Assembly (NCBI GenBank): GCA_030390025.1
Contig: CM059433.1
Coordinates: 10,542,001 to 10,606,000, forward strand
Reading direction: 5' to 3'
DNA length: 64,000 nucleotides
Source of the DNA: Squalus acanthias
Taxonomy: Eukaryota
In this document: piece after piece, positions 24,578 to 37,875 of the stretch
Layout: each line of letters begins with the position of its first letter
Position numbering within the stretch: position 1 is the first letter of the stretch
Notes under the pieces: model-generated
The model's database searches: none
Seen by the model: only the letters and a program-made list of their open reading frames with translations
Told to the model about the DNA's origin: nothing
Made by a program: the position numbers and the translations under genes

Positions 24578-26725
24578 TAACAAGGGTCTCCAGGCTGGGG
24601 TCATGGCCTGGAAGACTCCCAAAGATTTTTGGAGCTCAATTTTTTAATCTGCCCTCTTAGAGAGGGGGCCAATTGCCAATCATTAGTAGCCTTTGAAGCA
24701 GGGCCTTCTGCCAACCGCCCAACACAGCTTTGAAGCATCAATTCCTCCTCAGCCCCCTCCCCCCTCCATTGGGTGCCTGATATGTGCCCACAATGACGTG
24801 GGCGCCTGCCAGAATGATTAAAATTGGGTGACCTTTCTCTGACTCCAGATACTTCATCGAGGTCAGAAGCGAAGGTCGTGGGTGGAGTGGGTCTGAGGAT
24901 TTTTAGCCCACATCTGATGGTGTTGATTGAAGAACAAATGTTGGCCAGGACACTTGGAGAACTACCTGTGTTTCTTTGATTAAATAGCACTGTGGGATCT
25001 TTTCCATAGAAATAAGATACTCCCAAGTGATCTTTTTCTGGTGTATAACACAGTCCTATGTGTTACCCTGTATGTCAAACAGCCGTAGCTATTTGTTATA
25101 CGATATGTAACACATTCCCCGCTATGTGCTGTCCCAATGTACAATATTTCATCTTTTGCAAAAACTCATTGCTTTTTCATTGATATAAATAAACAATGTA
25201 ACTGAGTGACATTATAATGAATGTAGTACAAGACATTCGTCTCAAAAGATACCAGTAAATGACATCGCAAAGACACTGTTTATTTAATTAACATTAAAAA
25301 AAATCACTGACAGGAGCTGAAGCTGCAATAAATTAATAGACTGAATATGCAACAATAGCCCCAGTAAAACAGATTGCCATTGATTATAAATGAGCTGTGA
25401 TTACCAGGTCCGATTGTTGGAGAGCTAGGGTTGCCAGGCTTATTAACACTGCAGCTAATTTTATTAGGTGTGAAAATGGCACATACATTGATAGTGAATG
25501 TTTCTTTCCCTGAATTTATTGCTATTGACTGCGATGAATCTTCAGTTAATGCTTGTAGCTGTGTTTTATTGCAGTGGTTGATTAGATACAACAGCAGCAG
25601 CTTATCAGAAGCAAGCTGCAGACTATTCCCTGTGGACAGGATATAGCTAATAATTGCCAGGTCAGGAAAATTCATTGTGGCTTCCTTAATGCTATCTTGA
25701 ATGGTAGAATACTCAAGCTGGAGAGAAGATAAATGCCGGTGGGGCAGGGGGTGGGGGCGGGAACAAAGAGATTTTTTTTTAAATGTGCCAACAACCATCA
25801 TAATGGATGTAATTATCACTTGGTTCGGTGGCTGTCAGCTCCCACACCCATTGGGAGTTCAGGGAAAAGAAGATGTGGGGTGAGGATGAATTGGTGCTTG
25901 CTGAGAATCCTAAACTGCCGACATTCACTTGCTAAAGATTAAGGTGATCCATTCAAAGCCTGGGCTTTTATTTTTTTCGAAAGTACAGCTTTTCAGTTGT
26001 CTTGGTGACCGCCCATTAAAAGGGTTGCACTAAAGCCCACTCACAAAACGAGTTACCTCCAGCCCCACATTCCTGAGGCCAGCAGCCAGCCATGGTTACA
26101 CTGGTGAAATAAGATACTCCTGACTGACCTTTTTATTAAATGAGGACCAGTTACACATGTCGAATATAATGGCCATCTTCTTTACGTTGCATTGATCATT
26201 AGACCGAGGGAGAATGCTAGGTGCCTGGGGAAAACAATGTACATGTGGCATAGTCTGTCATGTGATTGGAACAAAACCTTACGAACCAAACCTGGGGGGG
26301 GGGGTGCGGGGGAAGGGTGAATTCAAAACCATTTCAAACTCCCTTGGCCTCTCCGCAGCTGACTGTCCTTTAGAACTTTCCCGAGCCCTCCCACCCTGGC
26401 CCCCGACAACCAAACGTGGAGATGTACAGATTCGGCATACACGCCAACCTAGAAAACTGGCCGAGTCCAATCAACAGCTTCAAAACGAAAACCCTGACAT
26501 AAGCCCCCCAAAAAGCTGACAACTCAAGAATGGCACTGACACGTGAAAACAAATAGTTACACGGGCTTTGTAACTTAAGCTGTAGGTATACAGAACATTC
26601 CTTCGTTTGTACTGAAGGACAAAATATAAATAATGTAAGTGCCTGAAGACCTGAAGGGGAAATCCAAAGAACTGATGGTGCATTTCTGGAGGGGTTCGTG
26701 GTGTGCTCGCCCAGAAAGTTTTAAA

Positions 26726-27328
26726 GGCCTAAAAATTCGGTTGCTTTGCGCCACCCGTTAGCGCCCTATGACATCATCGCCGTGCGCAGCGCCGTGCGCA
26801 GCGCCCCACTCGCGCCCCGGCCGCGATCTTCGGGAGCGCCCCCTGACTTACCACCGGACGCTATGTCCGACAGGGCCAGGGGGGCCTACCTGCAGCCGGG
26901 GCGGCGCTAATTAAAAGCGAGGTGCCGGGCGGCCATTTTTGTTGCTGGCCGCCTGCCAGCACCTGCCCCCTTTGCCGTCCCCGGCCTCCTGACCCGCTCA
27001 CCCGCGGAGTGCCGGCTGTGCTCTTTTGTCGGCATTCCGATCCCCGGTGGCCCAGCTAGGCCCCGGGTCACGCTGCGCAAGGCCCTTCCCCTGTAAGAAG
27101 GGGAGGAAGGCCTGCAGCACCGCGGCGCGACATGATGCAGCGCGTGGCGCTGCGGCACGTAGCACCACGATATTCACTCGCTGCGCCCCAAGAGGGAGGG
27201 GGAGCACTTCCAGTAGCACCCCGCCTCCCTCTTAGAGCGCTACCAATGAATCTCGGCCGTGGGGGCACTAAAAGTAGCGCCCCGGCAAAGTTAGCGCCCC
27301 AAAGGGGGCGCAACTCAATTTTCCCCCC
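26726..27328 (+). mobile_element. Non-autonomous Harbinger element
   Basis: Termini ggcctaaaaattcgg / caattttcccccc; 3-bp flanks AAA/AAA; homologous to 10939-11569. Confidence 0.8.
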
Positions 27329-27552
27329 AAAATAAATCGGGTGAGGTGTAACGTGGGCGTCCAACTTGAACTCGCCCCATTCTCGTCATATGAGTTAGGT
27401 TAAAATTGGGGCTAAAGTGTCATTTGCATTTTCAACAGACCAATCCAAAACCACCTACCCAAGAGTTACCTCTCACTTCCTTCCTCCCCCACCCTGCCCA
27501 GCCCAGCTCACTAAGATGCTATACCCTGCTGGACGCAATCCACAGAGCCAGT

Positions 27553-28038
27553 GTACCAGCATCGAAGCTTTGACCACGCTCGATCAGCTCCGATGGACGG
27601 GCCACATCGTCCACATGCCCGACACGAGACTCCCAAAACAAGCGCTCTCTTCGGAGCTCCGGCACGGCAAGAGAGCCCCAGGTGGGCAGAGGAAGCGCTT
27701 CAAGGACACCCTCAAAGCCTCCTTGAAAAAGTGTAACATCCCCACCGACACCTGGGAATCCCTGGCCCAAGACCGCACAAAGTGGAGGAGCAGCATCCGG
27801 GAAGGCGCCGAATACCTCGAGCCTCTTCGCCGGGAGCAAGCGGAAGCCAAGTGCAAACAGCGGAAGGAGCGCACGTCAACCCAAGCACCCCACACCCACC
27901 TGCCACTTCAACCACCGTCTGCCCCACCTGTGACAGAGACTGTAGGTCCCGCATTGGACTCATCAGTCACCTGCAAACTCATTTTTAGTGTGGAAGCAAG
28001 TCATCCTCGGTTCCGAGGGACTGCCTAAGAAGAAGAAG
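27553..28038 (+). mobile_element. RTE-clade LINE 3' fragment
   Basis: QLRWTGHIVHMPDTRLPKQAL.SEL..GKRAPGGQRKRFKDTLKASLK..WESLAQDR.KWR; (aag)n tail. Confidence 0.9.
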
Positions 28039-29204
28039 TCCCTGCTCCCACTTCCTCCTCTTGCACAAAGATATTGGTCCCGAAATTGCCGTGGGACACA
28101 ATCCCAGAAATGACATCATGATCGCACCCACTGGTGTCCTCCAGCGCTGACCCCGCCAGAGTAAGCAAGGTCAGTGGCGTGGGCGCCTATTTAGCATGAG
28201 CCCCACGGGCACCCGCGCCACTATGGGTGCATCTTGGGCACCCGCCAACACAGACAGGCTGGAAACTTGGATGCCTGCCGCTGTCTGGGGTTGATATGGC
28301 AGGTTTTTAAAAAAATTATCCTTTTCTTCAGGGGATTCAGGCTGCTTCTCTGTCCCAGACCCCTTCCGGGTGGTGGCGGGGGTGGGGGAAGGATTCTTGT
28401 GTCCTTCAGGAGACCAGTACACCTCATCTCACTGGGTGTACCAGCCTCCACACTTACACTGGGTCCCACTGAGGCTGAAGCCTAGAGAGTCGCCAACCCC
28501 ACTCTTGCTGACTAGTAGACCACGTTTAGCGTGAGCAGACATCCTGTGCCTGCCATGGTCCTCCTGAAACTACCAATGAAGTCTGAGACGCAGCCTGTTT
28601 CCCGGGCTTTTTGCTGCCAGAAGCCCATGCATTTTCAGAGACTCTCTTTCCTGCTCCAGAGCTCCAAGTTCATACTGACACCTCAATTCAAACGAGCACT
28701 CCTCCCTCCCTCCAATCCAGTTTATGCTGGCACTCTTTCCTCCCTCCTCCAATTCGTACTGACACGCTGCTGATGACCCCCCTCCCTAATTCATGCTGCC
28801 ATTCCCCATTCCCATTCTCTTTCAGTCAATTGCACTCCTCTTTCCCCAATGCAAAGCACCACTCCCAACATCTCCCCACTTCTCCTAATTACTGCTCTCA
28901 GCTTCTGCCCATCTCCTCTTCCCTTCATTACCATTCATTTCCTCTTGCCTCTATTGCTAAAAAATTTCCCCTTCATTGCCAACCATTTGCCCTTCCCTCT
29001 CCTCTTCATTTTCACCTATTTGCTCCCTTTCAATGCAATAAATTGCCCCCACCCACTCAGCCCCAATCCTACCTGTGACTGGCTGCTGTTGTTCACACCC
29101 TGCAGAAGCCATCATCCCTGGGATTGGCATTGAGAGAAAAGAGGGTCCCATAAACTACAAAGGGGATGAGCAGCTATGGAGACATTGGTTGAAGGATAAA
29201 CTCT

Positions 29205-29545
29205 GGTCAAGACACTAGAAGAACTCACTGCTCTTCTTTGAATTGTGCTGTGGGATCTTTTGGACAGGACCTTAGTTTAACATCTCATCTGAAGCCCAGC
29301 ACCTCTGACAATGCAGAACTTCCTCACTGCTGGCACTGGAGTGTCAGCCTGGCTTATGTGTCCAGGTCCTGGAGTAGGGCTTGAATCCATAATCTTTTGA
29401 TTTCATAGATAGAATGGTTACAGCACAGAAGGAGGCCATTTGGCCCGTCGAGCCCGTGCCGGCTCTCTGCAAGAGCACTTCAGCTTGTCCCACTCCCCGG
29501 CTCTATTCCCGGAGGTGAGAGTGCTACCAACAGAGTCAAACTGAC
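29205..29545 (-). mobile_element. Decayed Deu-domain SINE interrupted by a short CR1-type tail (about 29405-29510)
   Basis: Similar to 24320-24577; internal catagatagaatggttacagcacagaaggaggccat. Confidence 0.55.
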
Positions 29546-29625
29546 TCCTGCACCAAAGGAAGAGTCATCAGGATAATAGTAAATACTTTAATGGCAGTGG
29601 CATTCTCCAGGGTTTTGTAGACAAT

Positions 29626-31120
29626 GGGCCTGAATTTCCGATCGGAGGCTTCCTGCTGGGCGGATGCCTCCGATTGGAAAACAATCTACGAACCTACCTG
29701 CTGGTTCCGTAGATCCCGAGGCGTCTAATCCTGGGCCTCTCCTGTTGGAAATGCGCAGAGGCCCAGGTATCCCAAGGGGCGCAGGCGGTTCACCAGCGCC
29801 CCTGGGAACATGTGGGCCAGGTGAACCTATGGAAGAAGGGAATCCCCCTTCATACTTTTGACAGGTCCGAACGCACAGAACTGTCAAAAGTATGAATGGG
29901 GAATCACAATTAAAATCACACTAAAACATTAAATAAATGTTTTAAAGCATTACATAATTAAAATTAATAAAAATTCCATTTAATTAAATATTTTTTTGAA
30001 AAAAAATTAATTGGCCCTGAAATTCCGTTCCCTACGGGTGAGTACGCGCTGTGTACTCACCCGCAGGGCCAACGGAAGTGCTGGTTTCGCGCATGCACTG
30101 CGCATCCGCTGGAAACCGGAAATTCCGTTCTCTTGAAGGAAGGGGTTCACAGGTCAAACGCCTGCGCCGGAGAGGCAGCGCGTACGCATCGAACTTCCAT
30201 TTCTTTTCTCAGTTGATGCAGTGCGGGTAAGTCCCTAGCAGCTGTGCGTGGAAAAAACAGGCGCAAGGCCTGCTTTTAACAAGGTAAGAGGTGAAGAAAG
30301 TAAAAGTAAAACATTTTTTCCACAGGTTTATCATTTTAAAATACGTTAAAGAAAGGTAAGTTTATTTTTAGCCCCGTTAAAAACTTCAATTATTTTTTTC
30401 AAAAATTTTAATTTTTGTTTAAAGTAGTTAATTTATGTAATTTATAGTTATTTTAAAAATGTGATGTTTTTTAAAAAAAATTATTTGAAGTTTTACTTAG
30501 GTTTTGGGGCTGATCTCTATTCATAGATTTAACAGGTTTTCCTGTCAAATCTATGAATGGAGATTCCTTGCTCCGATTGGCTCCCCATGGCCCACGTGAT
30601 CCCAGGGACGCTGCGAACTAACTGCGCCCCTGGGATACGCGAGCACTGCGCGCCGGCAGATTGAAGAGGCACAGGAACGGAATTCTGTGCGGGCCCAGAG
30701 CATAACGGTAGGCGCGCTTCTTAAGTGCAGGTCGGGGGCTTGCGCCCGCGGGAAGCCTCCGACCGGAATTTCTAAATGTTTTTACATGGCTAAAAATAAA
30801 CTTACCTTTTTGAAGAGTATTTTTAACTTATAAATGAGTTATCAAATTTCATTTTTCTATTTTTTAAAACTCTTAAGCTGGTAAAAGCCGGCCTTACGTC
30901 TGCTTTTACCAGGCGTAAGAATTCTACGGCCTTTCAGCGGGCGGAAGTTGTGCAGAACTCTCCACCGGGCAGGCGGACGATCTGTCGAGAGAATTCTTGA
31001 CAGATCGCAAGTGCCGGTTTTCAGCGCAAGCGCTTCGCATGTTTGAAACCGGCACTTGCGAGGCCCCTACGGGCGCGTACACACCTCGTACACACCCGTG
31101 GGGGTCGGAAAATCCGGCCC
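29626..31120 (-). mobile_element. Harbinger-type MITE containing a nested relative
   Basis: Termini gggcctgaatttccgatc / gtcggaaaatccggccc; reverse-complement homolog of 15971-17022. Confidence 0.8.
30013..30774 (+). mobile_element. Nested Harbinger-type MITE in opposite orientation
   Basis: Starts ggccctgaaattccg, ends ccggaatttcta with a clipped TIR; reverse homolog of 8689-9450. Confidence 0.75.
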
Positions 31121-31764
31121 ATAATATTTGGTAGTTTTTGCTTCCGCATAAACAATCTGAACATTTTCTGTCACCAAAAATAAGGGGGAAAGAAACAAAA
31201 CAAAACAAAAAAAAGGAAAAGGTAACAGAAAAATAGCACAGTGAGAAGTCAGAAAAAATGTAACTCAAAATATTTATTTAAAATACCTTTATCTATTTAA
31301 GAGCCCCTTTACCCATGCAGCTTTTCTTTACACACACTCCAGATGAAAGTGGCTGAGCGCATATTGCAATCCCATTGTAAATGATGGGAATTTGTGTGCA
31401 CCCTGATTTCTATGCTTTAATGCCCTATTTAAATGTTAAAATGAAGCTGGATCACAAAAAAAGTGCTAGAGCAATCTCTGCACGTTGTTAAGCCGAACCC
31501 GAAAATAGCGCGCAATGGGATTGCTGCATGGGGCCAGGTGGGATCATGCATTGCCAAATGTCCTGGTCCCTGCTGGTCTGAATTGAGCCAGCAAGAAAAT
31601 GTTTTCATTGTGACAGTGAGAAGCTGTTTGTGACACGAAGGTGCCACCTTAAAACTGCTTGAAAGTCTAAGATTTTTTTTTGGATTACCAATATTATCCC
31701 CAGTGTTGCAACCCCAGCACAATTGGTTCTGTGGATGTCCACAGTAATGTAGGGGTGAACTAGA

Positions 31765-32012
31765 AGCATAGGAACAGGAATAGACCATTCAGCACCTTGA
31801 GCCTGTTCGGCCATTTAATTAGATCATGGCTGATCTGTATCTTAAGCTCATCCACCTGCCTTGGTTCCAGAATCCTTAATACCCGTGCCTAACAAAAATC
31901 TAACAATCTCAGTTTAGAAAATTCAATTGAACTTGCCTCAAAAGCTTTTTGGATATGGAGAGAGTTCCAGATTTCCACTACCCTTTGTGTGAATAAGTGC
32001 TTCCTGACATCA
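31765..32012 (-). mobile_element. CR1 3' fragment
   Basis: VRKHLFTQRVVEIWNSL plus CR1 3'UTR. Confidence 0.8.
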
Positions 32013-32459
32013 AACTCTGGCACATTTTGCAATAAAGGCCCTGCCCACTCTTTTGAATAGGTTACAGGCACAGGGAAAGTTTGCCTGGACAGCTTTGCCT
32101 GCGGCACACTTGGCTGGGTAGCACAGAATCCATAAAAGGCAAGTTGAGGTGGTGACAGAAAAGTAAACTAAACCGGAGACAGGTAAGGATTTTGGCGTCG
32201 CGCCTCGCCTGCTGTGCCAGATGTTTCCAGGAGTCGCTTGGAAGGATGCAGCAGAATAAAAGCTTCATGATGTGGTAACCTTCAGTTCTGTGAGAAGATC
32301 GATCCGCTTCTGATCTAGATATTAGAGCCGATTTTTTTGTCCATTGTGTCAGGCAACACTTAGTTCCTTCAGTTGCCTCCTCAGTATTCTCTTGCCCACC
32401 AAGCCAAGCTACCCCCAAGGTTTTCCCCTACCCTAGCCCTGAACTCTCTAGTTTCTCAC

Positions 32460-33320
32460 CCATTTCTTTTCATGCCCTCTCCGATTTCATCTTGCACTCT
32501 CGACCCTATTTCCACTAAACTACTGACCAGCCAATATCCCTTCCTGGTTCCCATGCTAGTTGACATTGTGAACACCTCCTTCTCCTCACGTACTGTTCCC
32601 CTCCCTTTCAAAACTGCCATCATAATCCCCCTCCTCAAAAAAACCATCTTGAACCCTCTCTCCTTGCAAAGCTCCCCATCTCCAATCTCCCTTTCCTCTC
32701 CAAAGTCCTTGAGTGTGCTGTTGCCTCCCAAATCCATGCCCATCTTTGCTGCAACCCCATGTTTGAATCTCACCAATCAGGCTTATGCACCTGCTACAAC
32801 ACTGAACCGGCCCTATTCCAAGTCACAAATAACATTCTCTGTGACCGTGACCATAGTGCACTATCCCTCCTCATCCATCTCAACCTGTTTGCAGCCTTTG
32901 ACACTGTTGACCATTGTGGGATTTCCCTTGCCTGGTTCCTCTGTTACGTATCCAGTCATAACTGGGAAATCTCCTGCAATGGCTTCTCTTCCCACCCCCG
33001 CACCGTTATCTCTGGAGCCCCCAAGCATCTATCCTTTGCACCTCCTATTTCTCAGCTACATGCTGTCCCACGGTGACATCATCTGAAGACATGACATCAG
33101 GTTCCATATATACACTGATGACACCCAGTCCTACCTCACCACCTCCTCCTCGACCCCTCCACTGCCTTTGTGTTGTCAAGCCCTAAAACCTATCTCTCTG
33201 ACCAAGCTTTTAGTCATATCGCCATTTTGGTTTGGTGTCATTTTTTGTCTGATTACAAACCTATGGAGCGCCTTGGGACGTTTTCCTACATTAAAGGTGC
33301 TATATAAGTTGTTGTTGATG
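32460..33320 (+). mobile_element. Decayed L2-clade LINE fragment
   Basis: SCTLDPISTKLL..IVNTSFSS..VPLPFKTAIIIPLLKK; HLNLFAAFDTVDH; tail ..gtgctatataagttgttgttg. Confidence 0.8.
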
Positions 33321-35334
33321 GTACTTACACTTCCTGGAATAAAGCTGCACAGGCACTGGCCACCCTCTAGTCCCTTGTCCAAGTGTTCATACTTAATAGG
33401 TGAATCTCAGCCTGCTACTTGGCTGCGGAGGACATCACATCCGAGCTAATCATGTCCTTGTCCAGCATCTATACATTCACATTCCACCTGTAGTCTCTGG
33501 ATTGAGATCGGGAATCATAGCAAACCTTACTGATGCCCTGGCGAACTCCGCACACACCAGGGATGTAACTTAGGACCGTTCTTGCCTACAGAGCGTAGTT
33601 CCACACTGGGCAATGCATCTACAACAGCGACGTGCATTTATAGAGCGCCTTTAATGCAGTAAAACATCCAAAGGCACTTCACAGGAGCGTTATCAACTCT
33701 ACCGACCAAGCCTTTGGTGGCCCATTGTGCAATTATCAATGCCACTCTGAAAATGTGCATGAAAGCTCCCAGCTCAGTCTGACACATCAGCGCATTTTGA
33801 AGGCAGCATCTAAGTACTATGAACAGCTCTATACTGTCACTCCATGATACCCACTTGACTCTATCAATGAAGACTATCATTGCCATAGCTGTCACCAACA
33901 CGTTTTAACAAGATGATTTCATGTCATGTAAAAGCTCAGTTGCCAAATGACTGATCATACGCATATTGAAATGGTCTTGGAATGGCAGCCCACTGTGCAA
34001 TTATGGGCAGCGTTTAATTCTGAAGGAGGACTGTCAAGCATCACTATGCAGTTGGAGTTCAAGGGAGCTTGAGTGAAAAGAGGCGGGATGCGTAAACCAG
34101 TTACCAATGTGTGTGAGTTCAGAGAACGAAACTCAATGGTTCAGTTGGGAAACGGAAGTGTTGCTGTGGTGCAATATTTTGTGTGTGATTGAAGTCGAAT
34201 GTTGAAGAATTCTGGAAGGGTCGTCTGATCACCATGATTGCTAAAGTCATCTGACAGCCCATCATCTGCAGACTGGTTGCAAAGAAGATCAACTCTTTCT
34301 TTCCTTTCCTCACTGTCAACTCATGACTCGATGAATACAAATACAAATGGAAAAATCTTAACCACTGTACCGTGGTTTATAACAGACCTGTTTCTGTCTG
34401 CCACACAGGCTCTCCAATTACCATGAAATCCCTTTTATTTGCTGACTGTTTTTCCTACATATTTTGTTAGATAGGCATGAGCACAATGTTTCAGATCAGC
34501 CATGATCTCATTAAATGGCGGAGCAGGCTCGAGGGGCCAAATGGCCTACTCCTGCTCCTACTTCTTATGTTCTTAAACACACCAAGAAAGTGTACAGAAA
34601 GTTTTTTTTTTCTTTTTCTTTTCGAGTGACGTTTTCAATCTATCTGCTTTTATCTCTCCTTACCGGTATTTTGTTTCCTTGTTCTTATTCTGCGTGCTTT
34701 CTGTGCTTTAAGCTTTTATTCAACGCCTGTTTTATCTTTGCATCCTCAATAATTCACTCTTCCCTCCTATGACATTTTTCAGTGCTGCCTCCTCCAGCCT
34801 TGAACCCTGAGATTACAAGCAGTACAGACCATGCGACAAAAGGAACGGCTCCCATGGGCACAGAAAAGCCCACGGAAAGAAGTGTTCCCAGGAATACGCT
34901 TCCCTTATCTTTTCCCCTGTCATCCAGTCAGTAGCTGGGACAGTGAATAGATGGGAAGCCCTGGACTTATCTTTGTACCAAGGACTGCTGTGTAAATAGG
35001 GTCAGGTTGTAGAGTACTGGACCCCCAGCAGCTGTGCTTCTGCTAGCCCAGGTCCAATGAAATGATTGAAACTCTTGAGCAATTTGCCAGAGAATTATAG
35101 AAAGTGGTTCTGTGACAGAGGAAGAGAATCTGAGGGAAAGTGAGGTAATACTACTGGTGATATTTTAACATAACACATGATTTTAACTGTCGATACATTT
35201 TATATTTTTGTCCTAAATGTTTTGGGGCCAATCATTTAATTTTTTCAACTTTTTCTTTTCACTTTGCCTTTAATGATTTATATATCAATGTTTGTCATTT
35301 TATTTATTCACTTTGTTAATGTGCGAAAGATTTT

Positions 35335-36231
35335 GGCCGGAATTTTCCTCAGGTAGGCGGGTTGGGGGCAGGGGGCCTCCGAGGAGGGCGGGATACCCGG
35401 GAGGCCGGGTTTCCTACAAGCCCGGCCAACTTTAACGGCAGGGACTGATATGAATGTGAGGCCTCGGATTCCCGCCCGCAGCCAGCCAGATTGAGAGGCT
35501 GGCTGGTTGCAGGCGGGTAGGCCTCAGAAGCGAGGGGCCGGCCCGGGGGAGAGATTACGGGGGGGGGGGTGTTGGCAATTGGCTGGGGTTGGGGATCGTG
35601 GTGGTGGGGGGAGAGAGCAACGGAAGGGGTCGGTGATCAGGAGGGGGGAACGGCAATCGGCAGGGGTTGGGATCGCGGGGGGCGGGGCGGGGGGGGTTAG
35701 GCCAGGGATCGGGAGGGATCGGCCGGATATCGCGGAGAGGGGGTTTGCCAGGGATTGGCGGGGGAGGGTGGGAGAGAGAGGATCGGGGCCAGCCATCGAA
35801 GGATTGTGGCCGGCCTCATCATTATTGTTGGGGGGGGGGAGGCCTGGGGGGGTGGGGGGGGAGGCCTGGGGGGGTGGGGGGAGGCCTGGGGGGGGTGGAG
35901 GGAGGCCTGGGAAAGCAATCGGAGGTCTCGTGGGGGGGGGGGGGTTCCGAACATGGGGGATGGGTTAGGTAGGGACCCTGGATCCAGGAGGTAGGTATAA
36001 AGCCACTTACCTCCTGGATGCAGCCTCATTACAATATTTAAATTCAGGTACCGCCCCCTGGAAGCGGGTTGGTCGCCCCCGCCCCCCCCCCCCCCCCCCC
36101 CCCCCGTCCCACCTCCTGTAAAACCGGAAGTGGGCGGGTAGGAAGCGAGATCAGGTCGGGAATCCCATTTTTAACACTTTAACTGCCCCCACGCTCCAAA
36201 CCCACCCGTTTATTAGGGGAATATTCCTGCC
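35335..36231. mobile_element. MITE-like element with G-rich tandem interior
   Basis: Termini ggccggaattttcc / ggaatattcctgcc; 35370-35530 is the reverse homolog of 48640-48790. Confidence 0.6.
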
Positions 36232-37875
36232 AAATATCTCCCCATTCACTGCTCATTCGCTGGATAGTGAACTGGCAAGTGATCTGATCCCAGGCCTTTG
36301 CTAGTGTGTTACAGACCCTGTGTAATGGCACCTTTATGCTGCAAGAGCAGTTCCAGCAGAATGGCGTTCAAACGGAAGCCCGCAATTTAATTCGCCACTC
36401 TCCCCTATTTATTCATTTTTGTTTCTGCCACTGCTTCAGGTTTGGCGATCTGCCTTCCTCATTGCTGAAAAGGAAGGACTCCAGCTGCATGCTTTAAGTT
36501 ACAACCGGGGACTCAACGGCAGTTTGCAAGGCCCATGAAAATATAAATCTGTGATACCAGCGAGTTCCATGGAGATCGGGTTACTTATAGTTAAGAGTGC
36601 CATTAACAGCGGCGGTAGTCAATGTTTGGTCTCAATGTCACACTGCCAATGTAAAACTGCCTTAAATGTTATGGACAGATCCCATCAGAATTCTGCTGAT
36701 GTGGGTAGCCACGACTGTTCTGTAAAAATTATGCTTTCATTTATGTAACTGCTTGCATTGAACTGCCTCAAAGCGCTTTGCACAGTGAATTACTTTGGCA
36801 GTGCAGTGCAATAACTTGTTGTCTATTTATCTTCACATTGGAACTCACTCCTCAGTTCATGCTGGCTCATGATAGTGCTTGGTTCAATTTGGCAATACTT
36901 TTTCATTGGAGTCACAGGTTGTGGGTTCAAGCTGCACTTGGGGAGGTGAATATTTAAGATGGACTGACGCTGCAGTTGAGTGCCGCCTTGTCAGAGGCGC
37001 TGACCTTTGGATGAAGTGTTAAGCTGAGGCCTCATCTGCCTATTCAGGTGGGCGTAAAAGACACCCTGGCGCCATTCATTGACCTCAATGGGAATGAAAA
37101 TCGGGAGAGTGTTTAACAGGTGGCCAAGTAAATGAAATGATTGACGCTCTTGAGGAATCTGCCAGAGAGGGATAGAAAGTGGTTGTGTGATGGAGGGAGA
37201 GAATCTGAGGGAGAGCGAGATAATCCTCGTGGTGACACCCGTTTCCAGTGGGCGCTCAATGGATTTGTTCCAGCCGCTACGGCTGATGGAAGCGATCACA
37301 CAAAAATCTAGCCCCATGTCACTTTTTGACAATAGCAAAGGTTCACCGTGGTCGTTGCCGATATACTGAGTAAAATGGAAATGAGCTATTGGGAATGTCG
37401 GGATCGAGGTTCCGCTTGTTTCCAGCAAGTTATATCAGTGCAATCTAGGTGGAATTGGGCGAGCCAGCGCAAAAGATTGGGGCATTTTAAACGTAAGAGT
37501 CACGCCCGAAACGACTCACGCTCGTGATTTCTGCGATCATTACGCTGGTCCGACATTCAATTTGCACGGATCAGACCCCACCCACAAAACTGGCCGTGCC
37601 CGCGGCTTGACCGTGTGAGATTCCGCCAATTGCGTTGGTTCGGGAAGGCTCTTCAAACTGCGCTCATTTTCTTAGGCGCACTAGCAGGCGCATTTAAAAA
37701 GGTTTTTCATCTCAAAAAATATTTAATTTACTAAGAAACTGACCAGTGTGCACCAATGAACAACAACAAAAACTTGCATTTATATGGAGCCTTTAACATA
37801 GTAAAACTATTAAATGGTTCAGTAGAGTTTTCAGAGATTCTAATTCAGGTCACTCATAGGTAGAGGACTGGACAC

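Noticed and set aside
25304..25819. 171-aa minus ORF with an acceptor-like ttctctccag
   Set aside because: No recognisable domain or partner exon; composition fits non-coding DNA
32061..32181. AG..GTAAG-bounded exon-like segment on plus
   Set aside because: All three frames contain stops
35507..36029. Gly- and Pro-rich ORFs (also 47916-48634)
   Set aside because: Low-complexity G/C tandem repeats, partly fused to an L2 fragment
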